A stretch of DNA of 64,000 nucleotides, taken from NCBI GenBank assembly GCA_001600695.1, contig BCKQ01000005.1, positions 429,993 through 493,992 on the forward strand, written 5' to 3'. The position numbers and the translations under genes were made by a program. The number at the start of each line of letters is the position of its first letter. The stretch's first letter is position 1. This document shows, in pieces, positions 23,671 through 34,977 of this stretch. The stretch comes from Ascoidea asiatica JCM 7603. Lineage: Eukaryota; Fungi; Ascomycota. Below the pieces are notes generated by a model. That model ran no database searches. It had not been told where the DNA came from and saw only the letters and a program-made list of their open reading frames with translations.

Positions 23671-24496
23671 TTAAGTAGATTTTTGAATTGAATCACTTGA
23701 AGTTAATTCAGTACCAAAAACAGTATCCCAGAATTTACTTGTTACACCAAAACCTAATTCATAATTTTTATAATGATGTTCAAGATGATATTTTTTTAAT
23801 TTTTGTAAATATGAAGGTAAAGAAATATGATGTAAAGAATAATGAGTTATATCATACATTATATAACCTAAAGTACCACCTGCAAAACCACAACAAGCTA
23901 AATAAAATGGAAAAATTTTAAAAACTAATTTATAAAATGGAAAACAAAGTACTATAAATAAAGCTGGAGGCATTACTAATCTATATTTATCCATTGGTAA
24001 ATAATGATGAACACCATGTAAAGTAAAATGTAAAAGTAAAAAAAATGGATGATCTGGTAAATAATAATCTAAATGAAATAAAAATCTATGAAGAATATAT
24101 TCTAATAAAGTCCAAAAAAATAAACCAAAAGCCCACATTGGAATTGAATAATAAATTGGTAAATTTAATAAACCAATTGAAAAAATATATAAATTTATTG
24201 GTAACCATAAAGTTGGTATAACCCACCATGCTGTTAAAGATAAAGGTTCTAAGAAATTACCAAATAAAGGAGCAGAACCTTTACCATAATGTCTTGGTCT
24301 ATGAACTTGATCTAAATAAAATTCTTTTGTAAAATCAGAAAATAAAACTTGTATAAATAAAGGTTTATTTAAATCTAAAAATTTATGTTTTGAATAATCA
24401 TTTGAATAATCTGTTTGTATATGTAATTTATCATAGGTTGGTAATTCTTTTAATTCAGTTGAATCAAAATAAGATGAATTTGGATCATTATTATTC

Positions 24497-24533
<37 letters not shown>

Positions 24534-24876
24534 TACTAGTTAATTTAACATGAACTTGATGATCTTTATTAGTTAGTAGTGATTTTTCTTCATCTTCAGT
24601 TGCTAAATAACCAATTAAATAATTTTCATCTAAAATTTCATAAGAAGCTTCTGAATGCTCATGAGATATTGAATCTGACATTATTGAAGTTATATCTTTA
24701 CCAGCATATTCAAGAATTGAATCATCACCACCTGGATGTTGAGATATAAATTCAGTTACATTATAAATTTTCCTATTATATAAAGAAACCCAACAATCAT
24801 TAGAAGAATTATGAGTTTTTAAATTTGCTATTGAATATAAAGGATATGATTTTGAATTTGAATTATCAGATTCCAT
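23671..24876 (-). CDS. SCS7: Sphingolipid fatty acid alpha-hydroxylase Scs7
   Basis: Cytochrome b5 HPGG motif followed by His boxes HRFLFH, HGVHH, HYSLHH, HLEHH. Confidence 0.96.
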
Positions 24877-25707
24877 TTTTAATACACAAATTCAGGAATA
24901 CAGAAATACAGGAATACAGGAATACAAAAATACAAAAATACAAGAATACTGAGACTCCTAAATACTGAAATAAAGCAAATAAAGCAAATAAAACAAATGC
25001 AAGGATAAAGCAAATGAAAAGATATGAATATATGAATATATGAATATATGAAAATATAAATAAAATCAGATAATGAGAATCAAAGACATATTTACTGTAT
25101 TTAGTGTATTATTTATTTGTGAGAATTTTGTAAGATTGTAATTTTTCAGTAAGCGAATAAAGTCGAATGTGCAATATTCTGTGGATATTGGGATATTTGG
25201 ATATTTTATTTGGATATTATCTGAGATAACACCCAGAAGCAAAATTTTGGGCGGTTGTTTTTGTTTCTTCGTGCCACGCTCTGCCGGCAACGTTCGCTCT
25301 TCCTCGCGCTGTCGCGTTGTCGCGTTGTCGCGTTCTCATTAAAAAAACAGTTCCGTTTCGTTTAACAAAAACTGTTTTACCAAGATGGTCACGTGTATAT
25401 GAATTCCGGATTTCATCTGTAGCTTCATGCGTGCTTTAATTGGTACCTTCCCCGTGGTAATTTCCAAGCACTCTGCCATCAACAGAATCCACCACCCTTT
25501 TTGGTATATTTTGAAATAACCTATTTTTATTGATACGTAATTGATTAATCACCACCACAAGACAAATATTGAAATATATGAAAATATTGAAATATTAGAC
25601 AAACATTCATTTTCACTTATAATATATCTCATTGACTCTCGTTAAACCATCATCTCAATCGAATTCAAAATCATAGAACATATACTGTACTTTTTTTATT
25701 TTAAATC

Positions 25708-27728
25708 ATGTCGTATGTAAAAACTTTCAATATAACTTACAAAATGCTCTTTTTTTTTTTTTTTTTTAAAATATTTCTTCATAAACTAACTTAATCCAAA
25801 TTAAATTAAGTGGAAAATTTGTTCGTGCATCAAAATTTCGTCATGTATTTGGTCAACAATTAAAAGAAAAAATTTATTTAAATTTAAAAATTTCAAAAAA
25901 TGCTTGGGATTGTAATTTAATTAAGGTTAATGATTTATATTTAGCATTTCCAATTGAATCTGGTGGATTTTCTGGTTCTTTTACAATTTTACCTTTAAAT
26001 GAAACTGGTAAATTACCTGATAAATATCCTTTATTTATTGGTCATACTTCTTCTGTACTTGATTTATCCTTTAATCCTTTTGATAATAAAATAATTGCAA
26101 GTTCTGGTGATGATGGTAAAATTTCTTTATTTAAAATTCCTGATGATTATTCTTTTAAATCTCCAATTTTAGATTCTAATGATGAACCAATTAATTTAAA
26201 ACCTTTTAAACAATTATCTGGTCATTCAAGAAAAGTTGGTCATATTAAATTTCATCCAATTATAAAAGATATTTTAATTTCTTCTTCAATGGATTATACA
26301 ATTAAAATTTTTAATATTAAAACTGGTAAAATTTTGAATACTTTAAAACATAAAGATTCAATTTCTTCTTTTTCTTTTAGTTATAATGGTCAATTTTTAA
26401 TTTCTGCTTCAAGAGATAAAAAATTAAGAATTTGGGATATTTATACTGGTGAATTAATTCAAGAATCAATTGGTCATTCTTCTCCAAAATCAACAAGAAC
26501 TATTTGGTTAGGTAATAATAATAGAATTATAACAACTGGTTTTTCAAAATTAAGTGAAAGACAAATTGGTCTTTGGGATTCAAATAATTTGTCAAAAGGT
26601 CCAATTGGTGGGTTTATAACTGTTGATGTATCTTCTGGAATTTTAATGCCATTTTTTGATTATTCAACTTCAATTTTATTTGTTGCTGGTAAAGGTGATG
26701 GTAATATAAGATATTATGAATATGATCCAAATTCTGATGATTTATTTCCAATAAGTGAATATTCTTCAATTGATCCACAAAGAGGTTTTGATTTATTACC
26801 AAAATATGCTTTAAATTTACAAAATAATGAAATTGTTAGAGCTTATAAATCTGTTAATGATAATTCTATTGAAGCCATTTCTTTTACTGTTCCAAGAAGA
26901 TCGGATGGTTTTCAATCTGATATTTATTTAAATTGTCCTTCAAATTTACCTGCCTTATCTGCTGAAGATTTTGAAAATGGTAAAAAAGCTAATGGTCCTA
27001 TATTAATAGAAATGGAAACTTTATTTAATAATTCAAATCCAATTTATACTCCTTCAAATGATTTACCAAATGAATTATCGAAAAAAGAATCATCAACTAA
27101 AAAAGAATCTCGAAAAATTGAATCATCAAAAAAAGAAATATTAAAAAAAGAATCAAAAGAAGAATCAAAAGAAAATATAAAACAAGAAGAAAAATTAATT
27201 TCAACTTCAAAATCAAGTGGTAAGATTGATGATTTATTAAATGGTAAAGCTGTTAGTTCATTATTAGATAAAGCTTCTGATCTTGATAATGATAATAATA
27301 TCAAAGTTGAAGAAAGTTTATGGGATGAGGAAGATGATGATGTTTTAATTAAACAAACTCCAAAACAACAACAAACTCCAAAAGAATTTGTTAAAGAATC
27401 TCCAAAAGTTAAATCTTCTCAAAGATCATCTATTTCAAGCAATTCTAGATCTTCAACTCCAAATAATAATTTAAATCCAACCCCAGAAACTATTTCAAGT
27501 AATTTATCAAGTACTGTTTTAAGTTCTATACCTGGTACACCAATTAATGAAGATAATAGTGGTAATAAAATTATTGCTTTAAGAGAAGTTGCAAGTACTT
27601 TAACAATATTATTAGCTAAATTAGAAAATGAAATTACAAATTTAAAAGAAGTTAATAAACAAAAAGATAAAAGATTAGAAAATCTTGAATTAAAAATTGA
27701 ACAACTTTTATCTCAACAACAATCATAA
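25708..27728 (+). CDS. CRN1: Coronin; exons 25708-25712 and 25811-27728
   Basis: Removing intron 25713-25810 (GTATGT, AACTAAC, AAG) gives MSGKFVRASKFRHVFG, the coronin N-terminus, in frame with the tracked ORF (WD40 repeats, GKGDGNIRYYE, VPRRS, C-terminal coiled coil). Confidence 0.94.
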
Positions 27729-28329
27729 TAACAAAACCTTTTAATTTACTCAAATTTCTCATATTTTATTTTTTGCTTTGTTTTTTTCTTTATTCTTTTA
27801 TTTATTCTTTTATTTATTCTTTTATTTATTCTTTTATTTATTCTTTTATTTGTTCTAATTTGAATGCTAAAGTAAGTAAGTATTTTAAAAAAAAAATATA
27901 TCAGTAAATTCTATTTTTTATATTTTCTCATTTTTTTTTTTATTTGTTCTAATTCATTTATTTTTATTTTATTTGATTCTATTTTTTGTTTAACTTTTAT
28001 TTTAATTTTTGTGAAATTTTTTATTTAGTTTCTTGTTACAATATATGATGTAAAATGTAAATGTAAATTATAAATATAAAATATAACATATAAAAGATAA
28101 GAAAAACTTAAGTTATTTAACCAATAATTTAACCAAATTGAAGAAAAGATTTGAATAATATAAAACAATATGAAACGATTATTATAAATAAATAAATAAA
28201 TAAATTAATAATATATATATATATATATAGTGTATAATGTACAAAATAAAATCTTAATGGGTACCAAAAATAAAAAAAAAAAGCATGAGATAATAGTAAT
28301 GTTATAAGTTAAAAAAATATATAAATTAA

Positions 28330-29277
28330 TTAATCTTTTTTCATTATTGGAATTGTTGATTCTATATCATTAAATTTTAAAGATTTTGAATTTGATTTCA
28401 AAGAATTTAAATGATAATATAAAGCTAAAATAAAAGCAATAATTGAAAGAGATATATAAGCTATAGTAAAATTAAAAGAAAATATTGGAGAAGGAATTTT
28501 ATAAAAACCTGGAATAATTGAATTTGAGATTATATTTTTATTTGAATTTTGATTTGAAATTGATTGAAACCATTTTGAAGAAAATTTAAAAGTAAAATCA
28601 TCACCAATTACATATCTTGTAAAATTTGTACTTGAACTCCAAGAAGTTGAAGAAATTATTGTATTTATATGATTTTTATTATTTTTTTTTGAAGAATAAT
28701 TATTTGTTATGAATATTACATTTAAATTATTATCAATATCTAAATGAGAAGAAGATATGAAACCTCTGAGATTAATAATAAAAGGTAAAAAATATTGATT
28801 TTGAATTTGATTTTGATTTAAATTTTTAGATAATGGAATTCTACAAGAAAAAGGTACATCTTCATGAATATATAATTGAAATAAATGAAAGATTTCATCA
28901 TGTAAATTAAAAGTACATTTAAAATCTTGATTTATACCATATTTGAATACTAATTGATTATCATTATCATTATTATTATCATTATCATTTTTTTCATTTA
29001 AATTTTCTTTACAATTAATTATAAAATCATATAAAATTTCACCAGTTTTTTCATTAAATATATGTTCACCAGTATCAATTTGTCTACTTGAACATTGAAT
29101 TAGAACAGGATCGCCTTTTTTAAAATTTTTAATAATTATATCTTCATTATATTCATTTTTTAAATACCATGATGAGGAAGAAGAAAAAGAAGAAGATATT
29201 AGATCATCTGATCTTACAAGAAATAAATTCAATAATAAAATTAAAAACCATGAAAGAAAGGGTATTGAAGATATCAT
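28330..29277 (-). CDS. Uncharacterised type I membrane protein (signal peptide, luminal Cys-containing domain, C-terminal TM, KKD end)
   Basis: 315-aa ORF with host codon usage; hydrophobic N-terminus; blocks CSSRQIDTGEH and FHLFQLYIHEDVPFSCRIP look like a folded domain. Confidence 0.8.
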   Translation of the reverse strand: MISSIPFLSWFLILLLNLFLVRSDDLISSSFSSSSSWYLKNEYNEDIIIKNFKKGDPVLIQCSSRQIDTGEHIFNEKTGEILYDFIINCKENLNEKNDNDNNNDNDNQLVFKYGINQDFKCTFNLHDEIFHLFQLYIHEDVPFSCRIPLSKNLNQNQIQNQYFLPFIINLRGFISSSHLDIDNNLNVIFITNNYSSKKNNKNHINTIISSTSWSSSTNFTRYVIGDDFTFKFSSKWFQSISNQNSNKNIISNSIIPGFYKIPSPIFSFNFTIAYISLSIIAFILALYYHLNSLKSNSKSLKFNDIESTIPIMKKD

Positions 29278-29584
29278 GATTATGATTAAGATGATTATTA
29301 ACCTTTCTTATTGTATTTATTAAAAAGATTATTTTATATGGAATATGAGTAAGTAAGTTATTTTGTTCAGTAATAAAGTAATAATTGATCAGAATAAATC
29401 TTCTATCCAGAACTGGAGTACTGTATATTTTCTTCGAATCTATAAAAAATATATTCAAATTATATTCAAATTATATTCAAATTATATGAACTACAGAATA
29501 TATCGAAGAATCACAAATTGAATAAACAAAGGAATATTAAAATGTAGGTCTATTTGGCATAAGCTTTAGCATTGGCATTATTAT

Positions 29585-30090
29585 AGGCATTGGCGTGGAC
29601 ATGGATCTGGAATCGGGCACCCAGAAACCAGAACCGAGCCAGAATCAGAGACAGAAACAGCACCGACAGCAGCAACTCCAAAAACAGAGACCCCAAAAAC
29701 TGCAGCGGAACTAAATTTAGATCTGGGACGGCGCGAGTCAAGCCTGATGGCTGGTGGGGGCTTGTGTCTCGGGACGCTGAGCCCCACTGCGGCTCAGCCA
29801 AGGGATAAATTATAAATGGATTTTTTTCCGGGCGTGGTCTGAGGATTTACAAACCTGGGCTATTCCGGAAAATAAAAAAATACCGGTTTCCAGTTCTCCG
29901 TGTCCCGTGACTCTTTCTGCAGGGAGTCGAGAATTTTAATCGTTGAAGAAGCAGATTTTGATGAAGATTTTGATGACGACTTTGATGACGATTTTGTTGG
30001 AGTCTTTGGTGCTTTTGCTTCTGGGTTTGATTCTCGCTCTGTTGTAGGAAGATTGAAAGAGACTTTGGGTTTTTTCTTTGCTTCCCTGAC
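29585..30090. promoter_or_regulatory. GC-rich island in the divergent promoter upstream of MGR2
   Basis: GC-rich block containing an 8-bp stem hairpin GCTGAGCC-N7-GGCTCAGC at 29776-29798. Confidence 0.5.
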
Positions 30091-30213
30091 TTTAGGAACT
30101 TATTCAAACTTATTGTAGCTAAGGTTTTTTCTGTTTTTATTATTACTTCTCTTGCTTATTTACTACTATTATTAATTATCTGAAATATTTTTGCATTTAT
30201 ATAATAAAGAACT

Positions 30214-30594
30214 ATGCCTCCTGTTCAACAAGTTCAATATGGTCAACCACAATCCAATTTTGAAAAATTCAAAATGGGTTTCTTAATGGGTGGTACTGTT
30301 GGTGTTGTTTTAGGTACTTTATTTGGTGGAGTTGCTGTTTTTCAAAATGGTCCTGGTCCAAATGGTTATCTAAGAACTGTTGGTCAATATATTGCAGCTT
30401 CTTCAACAACATTTGCTTTATTTATGTCTGTTGGTTCTGTTATAAGAAGTGATGATTCAAACTTAATCAATTATAATAATCAATTTCAAATAAACAGATT
30501 CAAATTAATGAATCCATATATTAATAATAATTATAATAATAATTATAATAATAAAAGAAATGGAAAATTTCTTTCATCTCCATCTGATTACTAA
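30214..30594 (+). CDS. MGR2: TIM23 complex subunit Mgr2 (ROMO1 family)
   Basis: [15 protein letters not shown]...GPGPNG.LRT.GQYI...[13 protein letters not shown]. Confidence 0.94.
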   Translation: MPPVQQVQYGQPQSNFEKFKMGFLMGGTVGVVLGTLFGGVAVFQNGPGPNGYLRTVGQYIAASSTTFALFMSVGSVIRSDDSNLINYNNQFQINRFKLMNPYINNNYNNNYNNKRNGKFLSSPSDY

Positions 30595-30848
30595 ATATTT
30601 AAAAAAATTAAAAATTAAAACTAAAAATTAAAAATCAAAAATAAAACAAAAAAAAAATAAAAAAAAAGTCTATCTATAGTCAATGAAGAAATAACTAAAT
30701 AAATAACTATTTAAATAACTAATTAAATAAATAATCCTTTGTAAATATTATCATATCTTTTCTTATTTCATCCTTCTTACCACTATTATTGAACCTTGAT
30801 TTGAATGTCAATCAATCTACTTCATTTCATTTCAATTAATTAATCTTA

Positions 30849-31640
30849 TTATTTTTTTTTTTTTTTTTGATCTATTTCTTCCCATCCATAAATTGGTTTA
30901 AAACTTTCAAAAATTCCACAATCTTTAAATAAATTTGGAAAAATCCAAATTCCTTTATAATTTTTTAATAAAATTTTATAATTTTTAAATATTTTATAAT
31001 TTAAAATTGAATTTGAAATTGAATAAATAATTAATCTTAAAATTATAATTCCACAAAAAATTGAAATCATTGTACTTATAAATATTGTTGAAAAATAAAT
31101 AATTAATTTTAATTTATTTGGCCATATTGGAAATAAAATTAAAATTACTATAATTAAAAATATTATAATTCCATATAATATATCAATTTCTTTTGTGTCT
31201 TTATAATTCCAAACATAATATGCATCTGCTGATAATGTTGCTTTCTGTTTTAAAATCAAATATGGTAATATATAATTATAATTATATTTATCTAATGGTT
31301 GTAATGATTTTATTGGTTTTAAATTCTCCAATTTCATTTCTTCTAAACTTAATTTTTTAACTGGTATTACCAATTTATTTTTAATTAATAATATAAACAT
31401 TCTCATCGCATCTTCTTCACTTTCAATTGGGCTTAAATTTAATCTTTTACGATTATTTTTATAATCATCACTTAGCATTACTCTAACCATTCTTTTATAT
31501 CTAAAAAATTCTGTTTTTTTAGAATTATAAATTCCTTCTCTTAATTTTAATAATTTATGATTTCTAACTATTGATCCTAATGCTAATGCATTTGGTTCAA
31601 TTATTATTCTCTTTTGACTTTGAGTTTGGGTTTCACTCAT
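30849..31640 (-). CDS. SEC62: Translocon subunit Sec62
   Basis: FFRYKR..R, YYVWNY, two TM helices with FPIWP, WIFPNLFKDCGIFESFKPIYGW. Confidence 0.9.
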   Translation of the reverse strand: MSETQTQSQKRIIIEPNALALGSIVRNHKLLKLREGIYNSKKTEFFRYKRMVRVMLSDDYKNNRKRLNLSPIESEEDAMRMFILLIKNKLVIPVKKLSLEEMKLENLKPIKSLQPLDKYNYNYILPYLILKQKATLSADAYYVWNYKDTKEIDILYGIIIFLIIVILILFPIWPNKLKLIIYFSTIFISTMISIFCGIIILRLIIYSISNSILNYKIFKNYKILLKNYKGIWIFPNLFKDCGIFESFKPIYGWEEIDQKKKKK

Positions 31641-32117
31641 GTTTATATACTTTTTACTACTATTTTATAATATTTTTTATATTTAATTCTTGAAATAATA
31701 TTTAAATAAATCAAATAATCTCAAATTAATCTTATAAAATAGTTTTATTTCTATTGTATCCTATTCTATTTATTCTCCCTATTGTTGAAGAGGATTAAAG
31801 TTTGGTGTCCATACTTTCTTTATTCCGCTTTATTCTGGGTCCTGTCAGCTGACATCATATCCACAAAACTGGTCTCTCGCTCGTTTCGAATTGCAAATAA
31901 ATTGCTTTCCTAAACTTAACTTAACTTTAATTAAATATTGTATATTTATGGGGGTATGTAACTTTAATTAACCAAGACTATTTAGTAAAAGAGAGAAAGG
32001 TGTTTAAATGGAATAATAAAATAGTAAATGATATTAAATGAATAAGTAATAAGACAAATAAAATAAATAAGCTGATCCGTATAAAGATTAATATTGATTA
32101 ATGATATAAAGCAATTA

Positions 32118-33127
32118 TTATACGAGAAACTGATTCATTAAAACGCATTCTCCACCTTTATCAAGTGGAATATTATAAGTATAAAAATTTCCATCACTAC
32201 TTATAATCATTACCAAATTACTATTATGATTTAGTGCAACAATATTTTTACGATTACCAGAATTCTGTAAAAAATCACCATTTGTAATGATATTATTGTT
32301 ATTATTGTTATTATTTTGAGACTTAAGACTTGAGTTTGAATTAGATAAATGTAAATTTGAATTAGGTTGAATTGAATGATTTAATTGAGGATTATAATGA
32401 GGTAATTTTATATATGCAAAGTCTCTTACAGGTTCTAAAATATTTGAAACTTTTTGAGGTAAATAATTCGATAATAAAGATTTTGAAATATTTCTACTAT
32501 GATTCCAAAGTACACCAGATATTGATGATGTTCTTTTTTTAAATCTTGAATTGATTAAACTTATATGATCATCAATTTGTTCAATTTGCTCTGATTCATT
32601 TTCATCTTCATTTACATTTGCATTTGCATTTGCAGTTTCGATTTCATTTTCATTTTGAGTTTCATTATTTTGATTATTTGATCTATTTATATTTTTGTTA
32701 TCCAAATCTAGTGAATTTATATTATTATTTTTCTTAATATCTTTATTAGTTTTGTTTATAATTGGAACGGATGAAGTTCTAGTTAATGAGGGTGAATAAG
32801 TAGAAGTGGAATTGGAAGAAAATGAAGAAGGTGATGAGTTTGATAATTTAAAAATATGAATAGTTTGATTATTTGAAGAAGAAGAAAGTAGAGTTGAATT
32901 GAAATTGAAATTTAAAGAATGGATTAAAGTACCACCCATACCTCTTCTAAATTCATGTATTTTTTTATTTTGAATAATATTAAAAACTCTAATTATTGTA
33001 CCTTTAGTTGAAGCAGAAGCTAATAATGTACCATTATTATTTAGTTGAAAAGTAATTAAAGGAGATTTATGAGCTGCAATTACATTTATTGGTTGATTAT
33101 TTAGGGCATCATATATTACTATCATTC

Positions 33128-33158
<31 letters not shown>

Positions 33159-33986
33159 GTTATTATTGTTATTATTGTTATTGCTATTGCTAACATTGCT
33201 ATTGCTATTATTGATATTATTAGTATTATTGCTATTGCTATTGCTACTACTATTAATATTATCATTATTATTGTTCTTGTTATTGTTATTATTATTAATA
33301 TCTAGAGTGTCAATTGAAGAATTTAGATCCTGACTACGAGTATGAATATGAGAATGATTATCATTTAATAATAAATTTGAAGAAGAAGGAGCTGGATAAG
33401 CTAAAATTGAATTATCAGAAGGAGATAAAGAAATTAAACCATTATAATTTTTTGAAGTTTCAATTATATGTAATAATTTCATACAACTTACATCATAAAT
33501 ATAAATTTGATCTAATAATACAACAATTAATCTTTTTCTATTTAATTTAACATTTAAAATTATTGATGGAAAAGTTAATTCACAAATTATTGATTTTCTT
33601 TTTGTATTAATGATTTTTAATTTTTTTCTTGAATTTAAAGAATTGAATGAATTAGAAGAAGATATATTATTATTACTACTAAATGAATTTGATATTGAAC
33701 CATAACTTACCATTGCTATCAAAGAAGTAGAAAAAAGCATTTCTATTATAGAAGCTCCAGCTTCATCATTTTTTTCAAAACATTCACCAAATGGATCACA
33801 ATTATAAATCTTATAACCTTGAGTTGTTCCTATTGCTAAACAAGAGAAATCTTGATTAAAATTGATACAAGTTATATGAGCAGGAGTAGGAGTAGGAGAC
33901 TGAGAAACCGAGTGAGAAGAAGAATGAGGAGGAGAATGAAGAGGAACAGGAGAAAGAGCAGAGGAAGATATATGAGAGGAACTCAT
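32118..33986 (-). CDS. ATG21: PROPPIN beta-propeller, Atg21/Atg18 family
   Basis: NFNQD...IYNCDPFG, EMLFSTSL, KGTIIRVF, EFRRG. ATG21 preferred over ATG18 because of EFRRG and the MGR2/SEC62 neighbours. First ATG at 33986. Confidence 0.75.
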
Positions 33987-34977
33987 ATTGCAATTGATGA
34001 ATATGTATTTATCGAGAAGAATATAATATAATATAAATATATATATATATATATAAAATAATGGATTCCAATAAAAGAAATAGATTTTTTTGTTGATAGT
34101 TGATAAAAGATGACAATTCTGTAAAATATACAATAAATATTAAAACACTCCAAGGGTTAATTAAGATAACATACGGTAATTAGATAACAAGAAAGGTGTG
34201 GTGCTTTACGGCAACTCTATCACCACTCCAGCAGTAAAACACAGGCAATACAAAAACGGCCTCACAGCAGAGACCACTGCGGCGGGTACGTCTTTTTTGA
34301 TATAAAAAATACTAATTACGTAATGTCACGCCTGGATTCTGAGTTTTTATTCGAATTTGAAAAAGTCCAGAATGAGAACCCTCCCACATCGAAAAATAGT
34401 CCACTGGTGCTGGAGTCATGTGAAAGTCACGTGCAGTTTGGATTTTGGGTACTTCTCGATTTCCTCTTAAAAAAGTCCTGGGAAAGATGTGAAAAATCAG
34501 CTTCGAAAACAAAGCTTTGGGAAGAGCTTTTTGTGGGTAAAAGAAGGTTTATTTATTTTATTTTATTTTATTTTATTTTATTTATCACTTCCTTTCTTTG
34601 AAGTAAATTAATTATATATTCATTTCATTCATTTTACTCTTAATCAAAAGTTTCCATTTTCGTTCAAGCTCAGTCATTTCTTTTCCATTAAATTCAACTC
34701 CATTCAATTCAATTAAACTCAGCTCAGCTCAGCTCAATTCAATTCAATTCAATTAACATATTTCTGGCTTGTCATTCAAGTATTTTCAAAATATATATTT
34801 CATACTTATTCTTGGATTTTTTTGGTTTGCTTTATATTATATTTTCTGTATTTTGAAATCTGTACTTTATTTTGTATTTTATCTTCTTCAATTTTTATTT
34901 TTTTTTCTGCTATATTCAAATGCTTTGTTATTTCCATTTACCATATATTATTCTATAATCAATTATAATCAACTATA

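Noticed and set aside
29550-30118. Short ORFs upstream of MGR2
   Set aside because: Low-complexity translations of promoter repeats, mostly with non-ATG starts.
33987-34133. 49-codon N-terminal extension of ATG21 in the ORF track, and similar TTG/GTG starts for other genes
   Set aside because: Non-ATG starts in a eukaryote; true starts are downstream ATGs or upstream exons.
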